Below the pieces are notes generated by a model. It was not told the DNA's origin and did not search any database. It was given only the letters and a program-made list of their open reading frames with translations. A DNA stretch of 64,000 nt from an uncultured virus (IMG/VR IMGVR_UViG_3300000228_000008) (taxonomy: Duplodnaviria > Heunggongvirae > Uroviricota > Caudoviricetes): IMG/VR virus record IMGVR_UViG_3300000228_000008. One strand, 5' to 3'. The number at the start of each line of letters is the position of its first letter. Within the stretch, counting starts at the first letter, position 1. Below, in pieces: positions 9,058 through 22,000 of the stretch. A program made the translations under genes and the position numbers.

Positions 9058-10074
9058 ATGGTATTATCTTACGAAGAAGTAGATAATGTTATTCGCAAGA
9101 TAGCTCTTGGTAAGGATTTAATTTGTTTGGGTAATGAGTTTTTTTATATTCATTACCCAACAAATTTTTTAAAAGCTAAAGCTAAATTGTTACGAGATAA
9201 CGCTTATAAAAATGCTTTAAATGAGGGTCTTCTACCAAAAAAAGATTTAGAGGATCTCATTCTTACACGAGGTATTTTTTCAAAAGACGATGAAAATGCA
9301 GTCTCAAAACTACAGTCCAAACTTGAAGCACAAGAAATATTGTTGTCTAAAACTACTAAGGTTAGGGCTAATCAAGAAAGAATTAAAAAAACAATAACTG
9401 AATTAAAAAACGACTTATCCAAAATATTAGTAAAAAAGTACTCCAAATTATACATGTCTGCAGATAACAAGGCAGAAGAAGAAATGTATAGTTTTTTATG
9501 TAGTGAGTGTGTTTTCAAAGAAGATAATACTAAATATTGGGGAGACTTCAACTCTTTTTTAGAAGATAGAAATAATGATGTTAAAAACAGCATTTTTTCG
9601 TCTTTTATGTCTTTTATGCATGGTATAGAGACAGGCATCATTAGATATGTAGCACGAAGCAATTTGTGGCGTATTAGGTATACTTCAAGTTTAAAAATAT
9701 CAGAACCTCTCTTTGGGGTAGCATTAGTAGATTATACTACTGACCAATTGAATTTATTGTATTGGTCAAACTTTTATGAACAAGTTTATTCAATGCTGTC
9801 TTCTGACAGACCATCTGAAGCAGTAATAGAAGATGACGAAGTATTAGATAAGTTTATGGAAGAATATTACAAGGATATGAATAATGAATCTACTATTAGA
9901 AGAGACCAAAAAAATAAAAACAAGGGTAAGGGATCTTTATCTGCATTTGATTCAGAAGAAGTAATTATAACACAATTTAATGAACTTTATCACGATATTA
10001 AATATGATAAACCAAGGGAAGCTCAGAAAATAAAAGATAGAGCAGATATAAAGAAAAGAACTTCAGGAGGGTAA
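9058..10074 (+). CDS. Putative second tail assembly chaperone / pre-tape-measure protein
   Basis: 338-aa helical, charged ORF directly upstream of the tape measure; resembles the preceding ORF in outline (G(L/I)...L..RGI, coiled coil, FL...C(L/V)......W). Confidence 0.5.
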   Translation: MVLSYEEVDNVIRKIALGKDLICLGNEFFYIHYPTNFLKAKAKLLRDNAYKNALNEGLLPKKDLEDLILTRGIFSKDDENAVSKLQSKLEAQEILLSKTTKVRANQERIKKTITELKNDLSKILVKKYSKLYMSADNKAEEEMYSFLCSECVFKEDNTKYWGDFNSFLEDRNNDVKNSIFSSFMSFMHGIETGIIRYVARSNLWRIRYTSSLKISEPLFGVALVDYTTDQLNLLYWSNFYEQVYSMLSSDRPSEAVIEDDEVLDKFMEEYYKDMNNESTIRRDQKNKNKGKGSLSAFDSEEVIITQFNELYHDIKYDKPREAQKIKDRADIKKRTSGG

Positions 10075-10078
10075 GCTA

Positions 10079-13000
10079 TTGGCCGGTTCAAGTGAGCATA
10101 TAATTAAGATTCAGTCACAAACAGATAACACTAATAATTCTGGTACTAAGAGTAAATTAGATACTAGTTCTATAGGTTCTGGTATAGAAGAATCTATTGG
10201 TACAAGCATTAGGCGTCAGCTTGAAGAGGGCTTGTCAAAAGCATTCTCTAATATTTTTGTTAATTATAAGGATCAACCTAAAAGTGCAGATTCTCTTACT
10301 TATACATTAGCTAAAGATATAAAAGATGCTGTTGCGTCTATTGTTGTTAAAAATGCTACTAGTGCCTCCCCTGTTGATAGTAAAGCCATTCAAGTAGAAA
10401 TAGCCTCAGCTATAAAGGACACTGTTTCTTCTAAATTAAATGATTACTTCAAAACAATTCCAAAACCTAAAGGACCTATTGATAATGATCGTGTTGTACA
10501 TACTGTTGCTTCCAAAGTTTCTTCATATGACACATCTGAAATATCTAAGATACTTCAGGCTTTTTCAGCTTTATCTAAAGATTTAGCTCATATACCTGAC
10601 CTTATTGCTGAATTAAAAAAAGAAAAATCCAAAGATGCTCCTGATGTTTCTAAGATCACCTCTCTAACAGAAAATATAATTAGTAAAGCTAGTGATGTTA
10701 AAGATAGTTACAAGGTGTTAAGACCTGCTATTAAAAAACTAGATGATACTAATACTACTGGAACTGTTGATAAGTTATCTGGCATGAATAATGCTTTAAC
10801 TAGACTTGTTAAAAAATTATCTGATAAAGAAGTTGTTGTTAAGGTTTCTGCAGATGTTTCTCAGGCCGAAAAAGAAATTAAAAGTATTGAGGTTGGGAAA
10901 TCAAACATAGTAGTTACGGCAGATACTACCAAAGTTGAAAACCAAATGGCTAAATTGTTAGGACAAGATATCATGTCTTTGTCCATAGATTTAGAAAAAG
11001 ATGAAATTCCTGCTATCTATAATAGAATAACAGCTTTAAAATCTAAAATTAGTGACTTGAATGAGCAAGGTATCTCTTTAGGTATTGATACAAAAGCTTT
11101 ACAAGAGTTACAAAATAGACTAACAAAAATAGTACAGGGCTTTGATTACGTAAAAGGTTCTCTAGGTAAAGAGCAGTACAATAAAATTTCAGAGTTAAAT
11201 AAGTTACCATCCAGAGAGGATACCGTAAAGTTACCTGCCGTAAATAGATCTGGTGTTGAAGCTCGTAGAGACATTCTTGAAAAACGCATAGCTGAACTTG
11301 AGTCTACAAGGGTGTCTATGAATAGTGTTGTTGATAGAAAAGAGTCTTCCTATATTACTAATGATAAAAGTAAAGTAAGTGATGTTCTAACTATAGAGAA
11401 CGATTTTGCTAAATTAGGTAAAGTTCCTGATATTAAAGCTTCCTTATCAAATCAAGACTTTGGTAAGTTGGTTAAAAGTGATAGAAGTGCTACTACTTTA
11501 CAGGATATTACCTCTATAGAAGCTTTAATAAAGGATTTTAATACTTCTATTTCAAAATTATCCACAGAAATACCAACTCAAGATAATGCTAAATTAATAC
11601 AATCCCTTGATAAAAATACAGCTGCTTTAGATCAAAGTAAATTAGCAGATGCAGTAGATAAATTTAAGACTGAGGCCTCAAAAAGTCAATATGCTTTAGC
11701 TAGTGCTGAAAAAGCTATAGGTATAAAATATGCTGAGAGATTTATACAGCCAGCCGGAGTTTATACTGCACCTGACAAAGTAACTAATGAGTATGAACTA
11801 AAAGTTTATGATAACATGTCTAAATTAGCAAGTTCTTTAGACAACTTACAGAAAACTATTTATACTAGAGTTAGTGAAGGTTTAAAATCTCAACCAGGAA
11901 AGCAACAATTTACAGATTGGAAGGTAGTTGAGAACGAGGGTTCTGGTAATGTTCATAACAGAGCTTTTAATCTAAGAGGGAAAGATTGGGCTATGGATAT
12001 TGTTGACATGAAAAAGTTAAGAAGTTTAACTGGTCAACAAGAAGGTACTCCAAAAGAACTATTAAAATTATATACGGACAAGCTTTCTACTAATCTACTT
12101 AAAGAGAAGGATCAAACACCTAGTTCTGTTAAACTCGAACTTGCAGAGTGGTTTAGGTCTAACATCAAATCTGGAGGTGTTCAAAGCTTGTCGTCGGATG
12201 TTAGAGATACTGTAGGAAGAGATGTTTTAGATCAGCTAGATGTTTCAAGTATTGGTTCTTATTCTGCTGAAGATCTTTCTAAGGTATTCGATAAAACATC
12301 AAGGGAGAGTTTAAAAAGTATTTATTCTAAAACTGTAGGTTTCTCTAAAATAGAGGAAGCATTGTCTGATGTGAAGCGCACGATATCTGTGCCAGCAGCT
12401 AAGCTTACAAATACTGGTAGCACTGTTTTAGAAACGCAATATGGTAGTAATAGATCTACATTACAACTAGCAGAATATAAGACTGGATACGAACGTGCTT
12501 TTGAAGGATATATTAAAAATATGGAGACTGTGTTTAATAAGTTACCAGAAAATCAAAAAGAGACTTTTAAGAGTGCATCATCTCCAGAAATAGTAATGTT
12601 AGCTAAGGCTGTACGGACATTTGGATTCAATAAATCTGAAAGAGATATAATTCCAGAAACTGATAAAACTTATGAAGATGTATCAAAGATTTTATTAAAA
12701 GGTGCTACTTTAAAAGATGGTGCTCCTTCAAAAGAAGCTGTTGTAGACATATACAAAAAAGCTTTAGTACCTGTTAGTATAGAAAAACAGAGAGTAACAA
12801 AAGGTACTTCTAAAGAAATAAGTGCTAAAGAAGAATATGTGGATTTATCTAAACAAGTTGATCAGGCTTTAAGTTCTACTGAAAGTATAGATGATTTTAT
12901 GGCATCTATGTCGTCTATGGGTTTGTCTGCTACTAAAGTTATAAAGTCACTAGATTCATTAAATTTCTCTAATGTGTATGACACTATAGATAGAGCAACA

Positions 13001-16000
13001 GCCCCTAAAATTGATAAAATAGTAGGTAATATTGCTACTTCTTCTGGAGCAATTGGTGATTTTGAAAAAACCATAGCATCTTTAGAGGGTATGATGCCTA
13101 TTGTTGAGCAAAACGCTCCAAGAAGGGGAATGCATCAAGGTGATACTGTTTCTGCTGTTTTTAATTACTCTAAAGCTTTTGACTTGCCAAGTAATGCCTC
13201 ATCAAATCTTTTAACAGACGCAGGAAAAAATATTTTTAATGAGCAGAAGTCTCTGGAAGATCAACAGTTTAGCTCTAGTAACGAAGCTAAAAAAGCATTT
13301 ATAACAGATTTTAATAGACGCACCAATGAATTATTTTATGAATCAGCAAACTTGCCAGCAATGGAAGAGGTATCTAAGGAAACTTCTTATAGAAAAGCAC
13401 TATTAAACACTAACAATAATAATCAATTAACAAGTCTTGGTCTTCCGGAATCTCCAGCAAGTAATTTAGAAGTTACACCAGGCTCATTAAATAGAAGTGG
13501 TTTAACTGTACCTATGTATACTGGTAATTTAAGAGAAATAGCACCATTTTCCCTTGAATACCAACAAACTGGTAGAAACATTTCTGGTATATCCTCTGCT
13601 AAATCTTTTGATACAGGCCTTTTCGGTAAATCACAAGGAATCTCTTCCGAGTTTCCAAAATTACGCTCAGAGTCTGAAGATAAAGTTATCCAAGCTGGAA
13701 GATTTGGTAAATCAGGCATAGGTTATAATGTTCTTGCTGAATTGCGTCATACCGCAGGCACTTTCGAAGATCAGATTTTAGTTTCTGGTAAGTTAGCTGA
13801 TGCTGCCACCACTGCTGTTAGAAAGTTAGTCAGGCCAAAAGCTTCTGCTGGAAAGGCTTCAGCTATAAACGAGGGGCCACTAAAGGATTCTGATATCGAA
13901 GAAGTTAGCGGTAATATCATGTCTATAATGGGTATTGATGAAAAATATAAAAGACGCCCAGATAAAGCGTTTATAAAAGATGTACGCACTGAAGTTTCTA
14001 CAAATAGAGGATCGTCTTTAGAGGTACAAACAGCTAAATTAGCTGAATTGTTTTTCAATCACTTTGGCAGAAAACTAACTACAAGATACGGTTCAAAAGG
14101 TGTGTCTGTTACTCCTACTAGTCCATCTACTTTAGGTGATATACTATCTCAAAATCAAGGTAGTTCTGTTAAAGTTCTTACAGAGGAAGCACAAAAGAAA
14201 GCTGGGCTAGGTGTAGCTTTTATGCCTAAATCTATGGGTGATCTTTCTGCTGATATTTTAAATCAACAAGATGAAGTAACTAAAAATAGAATAAGTTCAG
14301 ATATTGGTATGAATGTGTCTGATTTAGCTAAAGAGCTTCAAGAGTCAGGAAATAAATTCATATTAGACATATTTACAGATGTTAGTAAAGGTTTAGTTAC
14401 AGAAGAGGAAGCCATTAAAAATACCATGGTTTTCGATAAAGCTAAGAAAGCTTTTGCTTCTTTAGATATAGATTTAGAGAATAATATAAAAGGCATAGAA
14501 ACTATAAAAAGTGCTCATACAGGAGACAAAACTATAGCTAAAGCTATTGATGTACGCATTAGCTCTTATGGTGCAGCAAAAAGAGGTCTTCAAACAGAGC
14601 CTTTAGAAATAATTGCTAACAATCTTGCAGGGAGTTCTAATAAAACTGTATTAAAAAATACAATAGATGATAAGAATACTGGTTTGATTTCGGGTAAATC
14701 TGGTGGCTTATTCTCTAAATACAGTAAATCTCTAGGTTTTTCAGGAGCAGATAAAACTGACGAAGAATTATACAAGCAAATTAGCAGTATGTACTCTGAA
14801 GATAAACTTAAAGATAAAGATGTTCAAGAAGCTATAAAAGCTATGATAGAATTAGAAAAAAAATCTAATTACTACGTAGAGGTTGTGGATGAGCTTAATA
14901 AGCGTCGTAAAAGCCTCGTAGGTGATAAATTTTTATCTATCGTAGAAGAACCTACACAAACAGAAGAGTGGTCTAAGGGGGCAATAGAGTCCCTTAATAA
15001 GGGTATTAAATTAAATATACCTGCTTATGCTGCTTACACTTCTATTTTTGGTGAAGATTCTGCTTTTATGAAGGATGTAAATGAAAATTTTACAGACAAG
15101 CAAGCAGAACACTACGATAATATTTTAACTTATTTAGTTAATAGTAATAAGGATTATCAAAATAAAGTTTTATCTTCAATATCAAGTATAGATTTAAAAG
15201 ACTTGAAATCAGTTAATAAAGACACCATTAAAACTTTTAATGAAGGCGACCCAGGATCTTTACTTGGTTCAATATTCGATACCGATGCTTTTCCTGCATC
15301 GTATAAAACTATAATACCATCCACTAAAGGTAAGGAAGAAGCCGGAGAAGAACTGTATATTCCTAGATCTATATCAAGAACTACTTACTCAGATCCTATG
15401 CGAGCTGGTGCTTATGGGATTAAGAAGACCGGTAGTAAATTACAAGATGTTATAGACAAATCTAGATCCTTAAAAGCTTTTTATGAAAAAGATCCTGAGT
15501 ACCTTTTAGAGACTGATATAGCTGGTATGGCTGGTGCTTTTGGTAGTACTACTGCTAAATCTTTATCGCCTTTTTTTGGAAAAACCACATCTGGCGGTAG
15601 CACAGGGATTGAAAAAGCAGATAATGAGGAAGCATTTAATAAATTAAATCAAGTTAAAAAAGATCTACTAAATTTATTACTTAAGTTTGAAGAACAGGAT
15701 GTGTTATCGAAAGATAGTGGATCTTTAAATAAGTCAGTGCAAAAATTCTATAATGGTCCTCGTAATACGTCTGGTAAGTTTGATTTACAAGATGCAAGTG
15801 AGTCTTCTTTTGTAAAATACTTAAGTACTCCTGAAGGGTTCAATTCACCGACAGCTTTAGCAGCCATGAAGAATATGCTCATTGGTACAGGTAAAGCAAA
15901 TGAAGTAGACACAAGTGTTTTAGCTAAAGCTACAGATAACAAAACTAAACTGTCTGTTATGCAGGGTATAACCAAGGCTGTTGGTGATGAAGGTAGTATG

Positions 16001-19000
16001 TTTAGTTATGGTATAGGTTCCTCTCAAGAAGAAAAATACAATAACCAAGTAAAGAAACGCCAAGAATCCTTAGAAAAAGCCAAAGAAGACTATGCTTATG
16101 CTATAAAGAATTCTTTAATTGGTAAAAAAGGCTCTGTAGCTAGAACATTTTTTACAAGGAATATACCAGCTGTTTTAGCAAAAGGTGTTACTGCTACAGT
16201 TGATAAAACTGAAGATTTAACCTTATTTTCAGAAAGTTTAAAAGATATTTCTGGTTTGGACTTAACTTCAGAAATCGGTAAAATTGAATCACTAACCTCT
16301 GAACATGCTGCTAATGTAGCTAAGTATAAAGAAATAGGTATGCCTGTATTAAAGCAACATGAGTTAGGTATTTCTAGTAAATTGGCAGAAAAATTAAAAG
16401 TTAATTTTACTAAAAAGTATGACGAAACTTCTGGTATGCCATTAGGAGTATTACAAGGGGAAACTAGCGGATCTTTAAAAGATTTAATATCTTATAGTGA
16501 TAAATTAAAAGAAACAGCTAATAAGCACACAGATCCAAAACATAGAGAAAATATTAATGAATATATTGAAAAAGAGGTAGCCCCTTATGTTGAAAGTGTT
16601 AGATTCCCATTTACAGGCACTTCTTCCGTAAAACCATACAAAGCTAAACTTATGAATACTGCAGGGGGTATAGGAGATGATTCTCTTATTGTACCTGGAA
16701 CACCAGAAATGGATATGGGCGCATTTGAAGAGGTTTATAATTCATTAAAAGATAAAATTAAGACACTTTCTTCAGAGCGAGAATCAGCTCGTATTGTAGG
16801 CGACGATACAAAAGCAGATAGTTTAACTGCAACTATTGATAAGTTAAACGAGGCTATTTCTGCTGTTTTACCTAAATATGTAGCACACGCACAGAAGTTA
16901 GACTTTGATGGTGACCAGATTGAAGTACACACTGCTAAGACTTCAGAAGCTAGAAATGATATTTACAAGCATTTCAAGATGCTTACAACAGACATAGATT
17001 CAACAGCCGGTAAATTTAGTGATTTTTACTCATATGATGCCAAGCAACCTTCTCAAGGAGAACTTCCCCTTTCTTTCATGTCAAAAGCATTTAGTAAAAA
17101 GTTCGATAGCTCAAAAGGCTATTCTTTTCTAGATAAGCCTTTTACTACAGAAGATTTGTCTTATTTGTCTCCAAAAGAAAAAATAAGTATTTTAGCAAGT
17201 AAAGAGCAAGATTTGAACATGGCTTCTGGAGGAGAATCAGTTAGTCGTGTTATGCGAGACGTGTACGAGAAAGTAGGTGTGAAATTTGATGATTCTGTTA
17301 TAAGAAACATTGAAGATTTAGGAGAAGCCTCAGCAGAAGCGGTAGCTCAAATAGGTCAAATAAAAGATTTAAAAATAAAATCTTTTATAGAAGGAAACAT
17401 CAGAGAAGAGTTATCAAATATAAAATTAGATACCGCAGTAAATGCACAGCTTTTTAAAATTAACACTGGTACAGATGTTGAAAGTATGACCAAACTTATG
17501 AGGGCTTATGAAAGTAAGATTGGTTATGATGAGTCCGGTGAAGTAAATTATGCCACCAAACCAGATTCTGGTAAACTTGACCAAGGATTTGTTACTAGAG
17601 AACGAAATACTCAATTAAATGAATTTTTTAGATTTGCTGTACAGAAAGGCATGGATGTTAAGCATGCAGGTGAAAGACCGATAGCAGGCGAACTAGTGAA
17701 AGGAGTAACCACCGGTAATGTTGGTTTATCTTCACTTCTCCAAAATTTAGAAAAAAATAAAAGTTATGCTGATTTAAAAACTTTTAAAAATATAAATGAA
17801 GAATCTTTAAGAAATACTTTTGGTAAGTTTTCTACTACAGATTTAAAAGAACAAGCAATATCTAGTGGTATAACGCAAAAAGACATATCTGGGATCTCTA
17901 GAGAAGATTTGATAAATTCTTTGGTTAAGAAACTAGGTTTTGAAGGTTTTTTAGTTGATTTACAACAGACTATTGAACAACAAGCTATAAAAGGTATGCA
18001 GGCCACCAGTGATAAACCACTCAGCCCTCAAGAAGCTTATAAAAAACTTCAAAAAAACTATGAACGTGGAAATAGTATTAATGTAGGTCGTTTAATTACT
18101 AATGTACAAGATCCATTATATAAGTTTAGATCTTCTGGTGCTTCTGTTGATAAGGATTTTGATGAACAATTTACCTCTGCATTAGGCTCTATTAAAGACA
18201 CCTATGGAGGTAAAGGGGCTTACTCAGAATTAGTAAGAAATTTTGCTTCTTTAAATAAGACCTCTATTGATAAAAATGTTTTTAATGAGGCTAAAGCTAC
18301 TTTGTATAACACACCTAAAGAATCGTTTTTAACAGGTGAAGTTTCAATGAATTCCGTTAAAGACTTTATTGGTGGTATGGAGAATACTTTAGGTTTAGCT
18401 CCACTAAGTGAAAGAAAACAAGCTGGTATATTAACTTCTCCAGAGCATGTTGCTAATTTACAAAACACGTCAATAATTTTCGATGAAAATGAAAAAGTTA
18501 AGGCAGAAAAATATAATGACAGGTTAGGTAATTTTGAACTACTAAAAGCTAGACTTGATAGAATAGAAAGTTTAGCTACATTTGAAGAAACACAAATCCA
18601 ACCAAAAGTAAGACCTGATATAAGTGTAAATACTACAAGAGAGGAAATTACAAAAGCTTCTATAGGAGTACCTAAAGATACTGAGGCTCCTTTACAGTTA
18701 CAAGAATTATCTAATAAATTAATACCTCCTTCTACACAATCTTCTGATATTGGTATGCCGCCAATATCTCCTACACTACCACCAAAACCCCCAACAATTG
18801 AAGGTGATTTATCTAGTAAATCTGGTGGAGTAATACCTGTTTATTTAGAAGGTATGAATTCAAGTTTAATTTTTCCTGTTAAACTTATAGGGCAACTACT
18901 TGAATCTGCTAATATTATTAATAAACAACAACAATCTTTTGAAGGTTTTAAGTCAGAAGACTCAGATATTCCTAATATAAAGGAAACTGTAGATAAGTTT

Positions 19001-22000
19001 AAAACTACTGAAGAGCAACGAAAGACTGCTTCTGCAAGAGCACAAACACTTGAACCTTATGCAGGACATGGCCCAAATGCTGAGTTAGCTAATTTAAAAT
19101 TGTTAAGGACTGCTTCTAAATCATTATACGAAGCAAGAGGTATGGACTTTAATAACGAAGCTAAAAAATTAACACAAGAGGCTCAGGATTATATTTCTTC
19201 TGCAAAAGATATTGGTGGCATAGATGTTTCAGAGTTCTTAAAATACACTCAAAATGCTCGTATAATGAACCAACAAGATGAGAATCAGGGTATGTCTGGG
19301 CAAGATATATCTACTGCTTGGAGATTATATAAAGATGCTGTTATTGAGTATTTAGTTAAAAAAGCTGAAGATGCAGAAGAAGCTTATCAAAGTGTTTCAG
19401 GTATGGGTGGTAGTGAAGAAGCAAGTGCTTATGATAAATTTGCTACTTCAGTTAATGCTATACAAAAAAGAATTATAGCTGATACAGGAAAAAGAAGCGA
19501 TATTTATACAGCTAATAAAGTTTGGGCTTTTCCAGATATAGCTAAAGCTGCTGGTGTTTACCAATCCCCAATTGACATTCAAAGAAAAAGTAATAGAGAT
19601 TTAGGTGGAGATGATGACCCAGATAGCGAATTACTACGAAAAGTTTTTGATAATATTACCAATGACTTGTCTGGTAAAAGTAGAGGAGGAATACTTGCTC
19701 CTCAAGATAAAGCTCGTAGTGCTATAAAAGAATTAACAGAAATGAATGAAGAAACTGTAGCTTTAATGAATAACGGACGCCTTTTAGAAAGACTTGGGCC
19801 AGAGATTGCGGAAGCTTGGGATTTTAAAGCTGCTGCTGAAAGAATTACTAGATTAAGGAGTGCGCTTGAGTTGTTTAAACAATTTAATGTGTCAGACACT
19901 CCACTCTCTGTAGAAAAGAAAAATTTAGAAGACACTATAAAGTTATTAAAAGATGCTGAAAATAAACTCTCTAAAGCTGATATGGGTAATAAAACCAAGG
20001 TCGGTGGTTCTGGCGTTTGGGGAGATACAGGTGTTATAGCTGTTCCTAAATGGGCCGATCCTAAAATGCAGTCGGATATGCATAAACGTAATATATCTAA
20101 ATTACGTGAATATTATACAACACCTGAGAGTGAGGGTGGTGCAAAAATAGGTGAGCGTTATGCCTATGATACTAAAGTTTTTGATGATGTTGGAAAACCA
20201 GTTGAAAATCAAAGAACTTTATTTCATAAATTTAGTGAAACAGTAGATTCTGCTGGACAAAAAATAGGTTTATTTTCTACTAAACAGGAAGATTTAGCAG
20301 CCTCTCTAGCAGGAACAAATAGAGGTTTCATTGGTGCTATTGAAAGAGCAGTAAAATGGGGTGCTGCCTCAACAGTGGTTTATGGCGGTGTTACTAAATT
20401 AAAAGAAGCCGTAGATACTGTAGCTGAGATAGAGACAGGTATGGCCCAGTTAAAAATGGTTATGCCTTCTGTAGGTACTGATTTTGAAGGTATGCAACAG
20501 TCTGCAACAAGTATGGCTAAGAAATATGGTGCTCCTACTACAGGTGTTTTAGACTCCATGGTTCTTTACGCACAGCAAGGTTTATCACAGTCAGATGTTG
20601 TTGAAAGAACAGAGACGTCTATGTTGGCTGGGAATGTTACTACTTTAAATGCTAAAGAGGCTACAGAAGCTTTAACTGCTGCTATGAAGGTATTCAGAGC
20701 AGAGGGCGAAAATTCTATTAGATTTTTAGATTCTTGGTCAGAAGTTGAAGCTAAACATGCTATTACTTCAGGTGACATGGCACAAGCTATTATGAAAGCT
20801 GCTGCTGCTGCTAGTACTGCTGGTATAAACTTCGATCAGTTAAACGGTATTGTAGCTGCAATTGGTTCTGTTACAAGGCAGTCTGGTAAAGAAGTGGGTA
20901 CTTCTTTACGTTTTATTATGAGACGTCTTTCTTCTGAAAAAGGTCCAGATTATTTAGCTAAATTAAATATACCGACAATTACAGGAGAAGGAGAACTACG
21001 TGGTGGCTTTGATATATTATCTAATTTAGCAGATAAATGGAAAGAACTAAACAGTGCTCAAAAGATGGCAGTAGCCCAGGCTATAGGTGGAACTAGGCAG
21101 TATAACTCTCTACTTGTTTTAATGGATAACTGGCAAGAAGCTCTTGATGGTGTTCATCATAGTATGAATGCACAAGGATCTGCTACTAGAAGAAATTCAG
21201 AAATAATGCAAACTTATTCCAAACAAGTAGAGCAAACAAAAGCTTCTTTTGTGGAGCTTCAAACAGCGTTTGGTAAAGTGGCTTTTCCTATAGCTAAACT
21301 TGGCCTACAGGGAATGAAGGCATTGGCAGAGACTATTTCAGCCATACCCACATCATTTAAGGTAGCAAGTGTGGCAGCTCTAGGTTTATTCACATATTTG
21401 TCTCAAGGAGCAAAGGTTCTTAACACTATTTCAGATTTCTTTTCTGGTGGTGCTCCTGTAATGGGTGGTTTAATTTCATCTATTAAAGATGAACTAAAGA
21501 CAGCATCTTTCGAAATCTTAGGTGCTGGTTCTTTAGATGACTCATCAAGAGGGTTAAAAACTATTATTGGTAGTAAAGTAGAAGGAAGAGATCAAGGTAA
21601 AAGTATAAGAGACTTTGAGTCTGGTTTAGGCAAAGCAGCATACCTTTTAGTGTCTGCCGGTAAGTCCTTTAATGATACAGTTGGAGGAGGTTTACAAGGT
21701 ACTGGTAAAGCAGGACAATCAATTGGACAAGCTACAGTAAGAGGTAGTTCTTGGTTAAGTTCTGTTGTATCTTCTTTAGGTGGTGGTAACTACGGTAATG
21801 GTGAAGATGTAACTTATAAAGACCTGGTAGGAGGCGCAGCTTCTAAATACTCAAAATCTGAAGGTGTTAAAGGAGCATTTGCTGCAGGTGGTTTAAAAGG
21901 TTTTGGTAAGCTTGCTTCTAATTTTGTTGGTGTTGCTACCGAGGTGGCCGGCTTAGGTGGGGCCGCAGCAGGTATTTTTGTTGATGAGTTCTCTAAGAAA

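Noticed and set aside
9005..9058. Programmed -1 frameshift joining the two chaperone-like ORFs (lambda G/GT style) at the A-rich end of 8258..9025
   Set aside because: The -1 frame hits TAA at 9034-9036 before reaching ATG 9058, so a simple fusion is not possible
13530..17680. Cellular rpoB/rpoC (fused rpoBC) gene call
   Set aside because: Far too divergent, lacks the Zn-binding cysteines, is fused to a tape measure and sits among phage tail genes, so no cellular gene symbol was assigned
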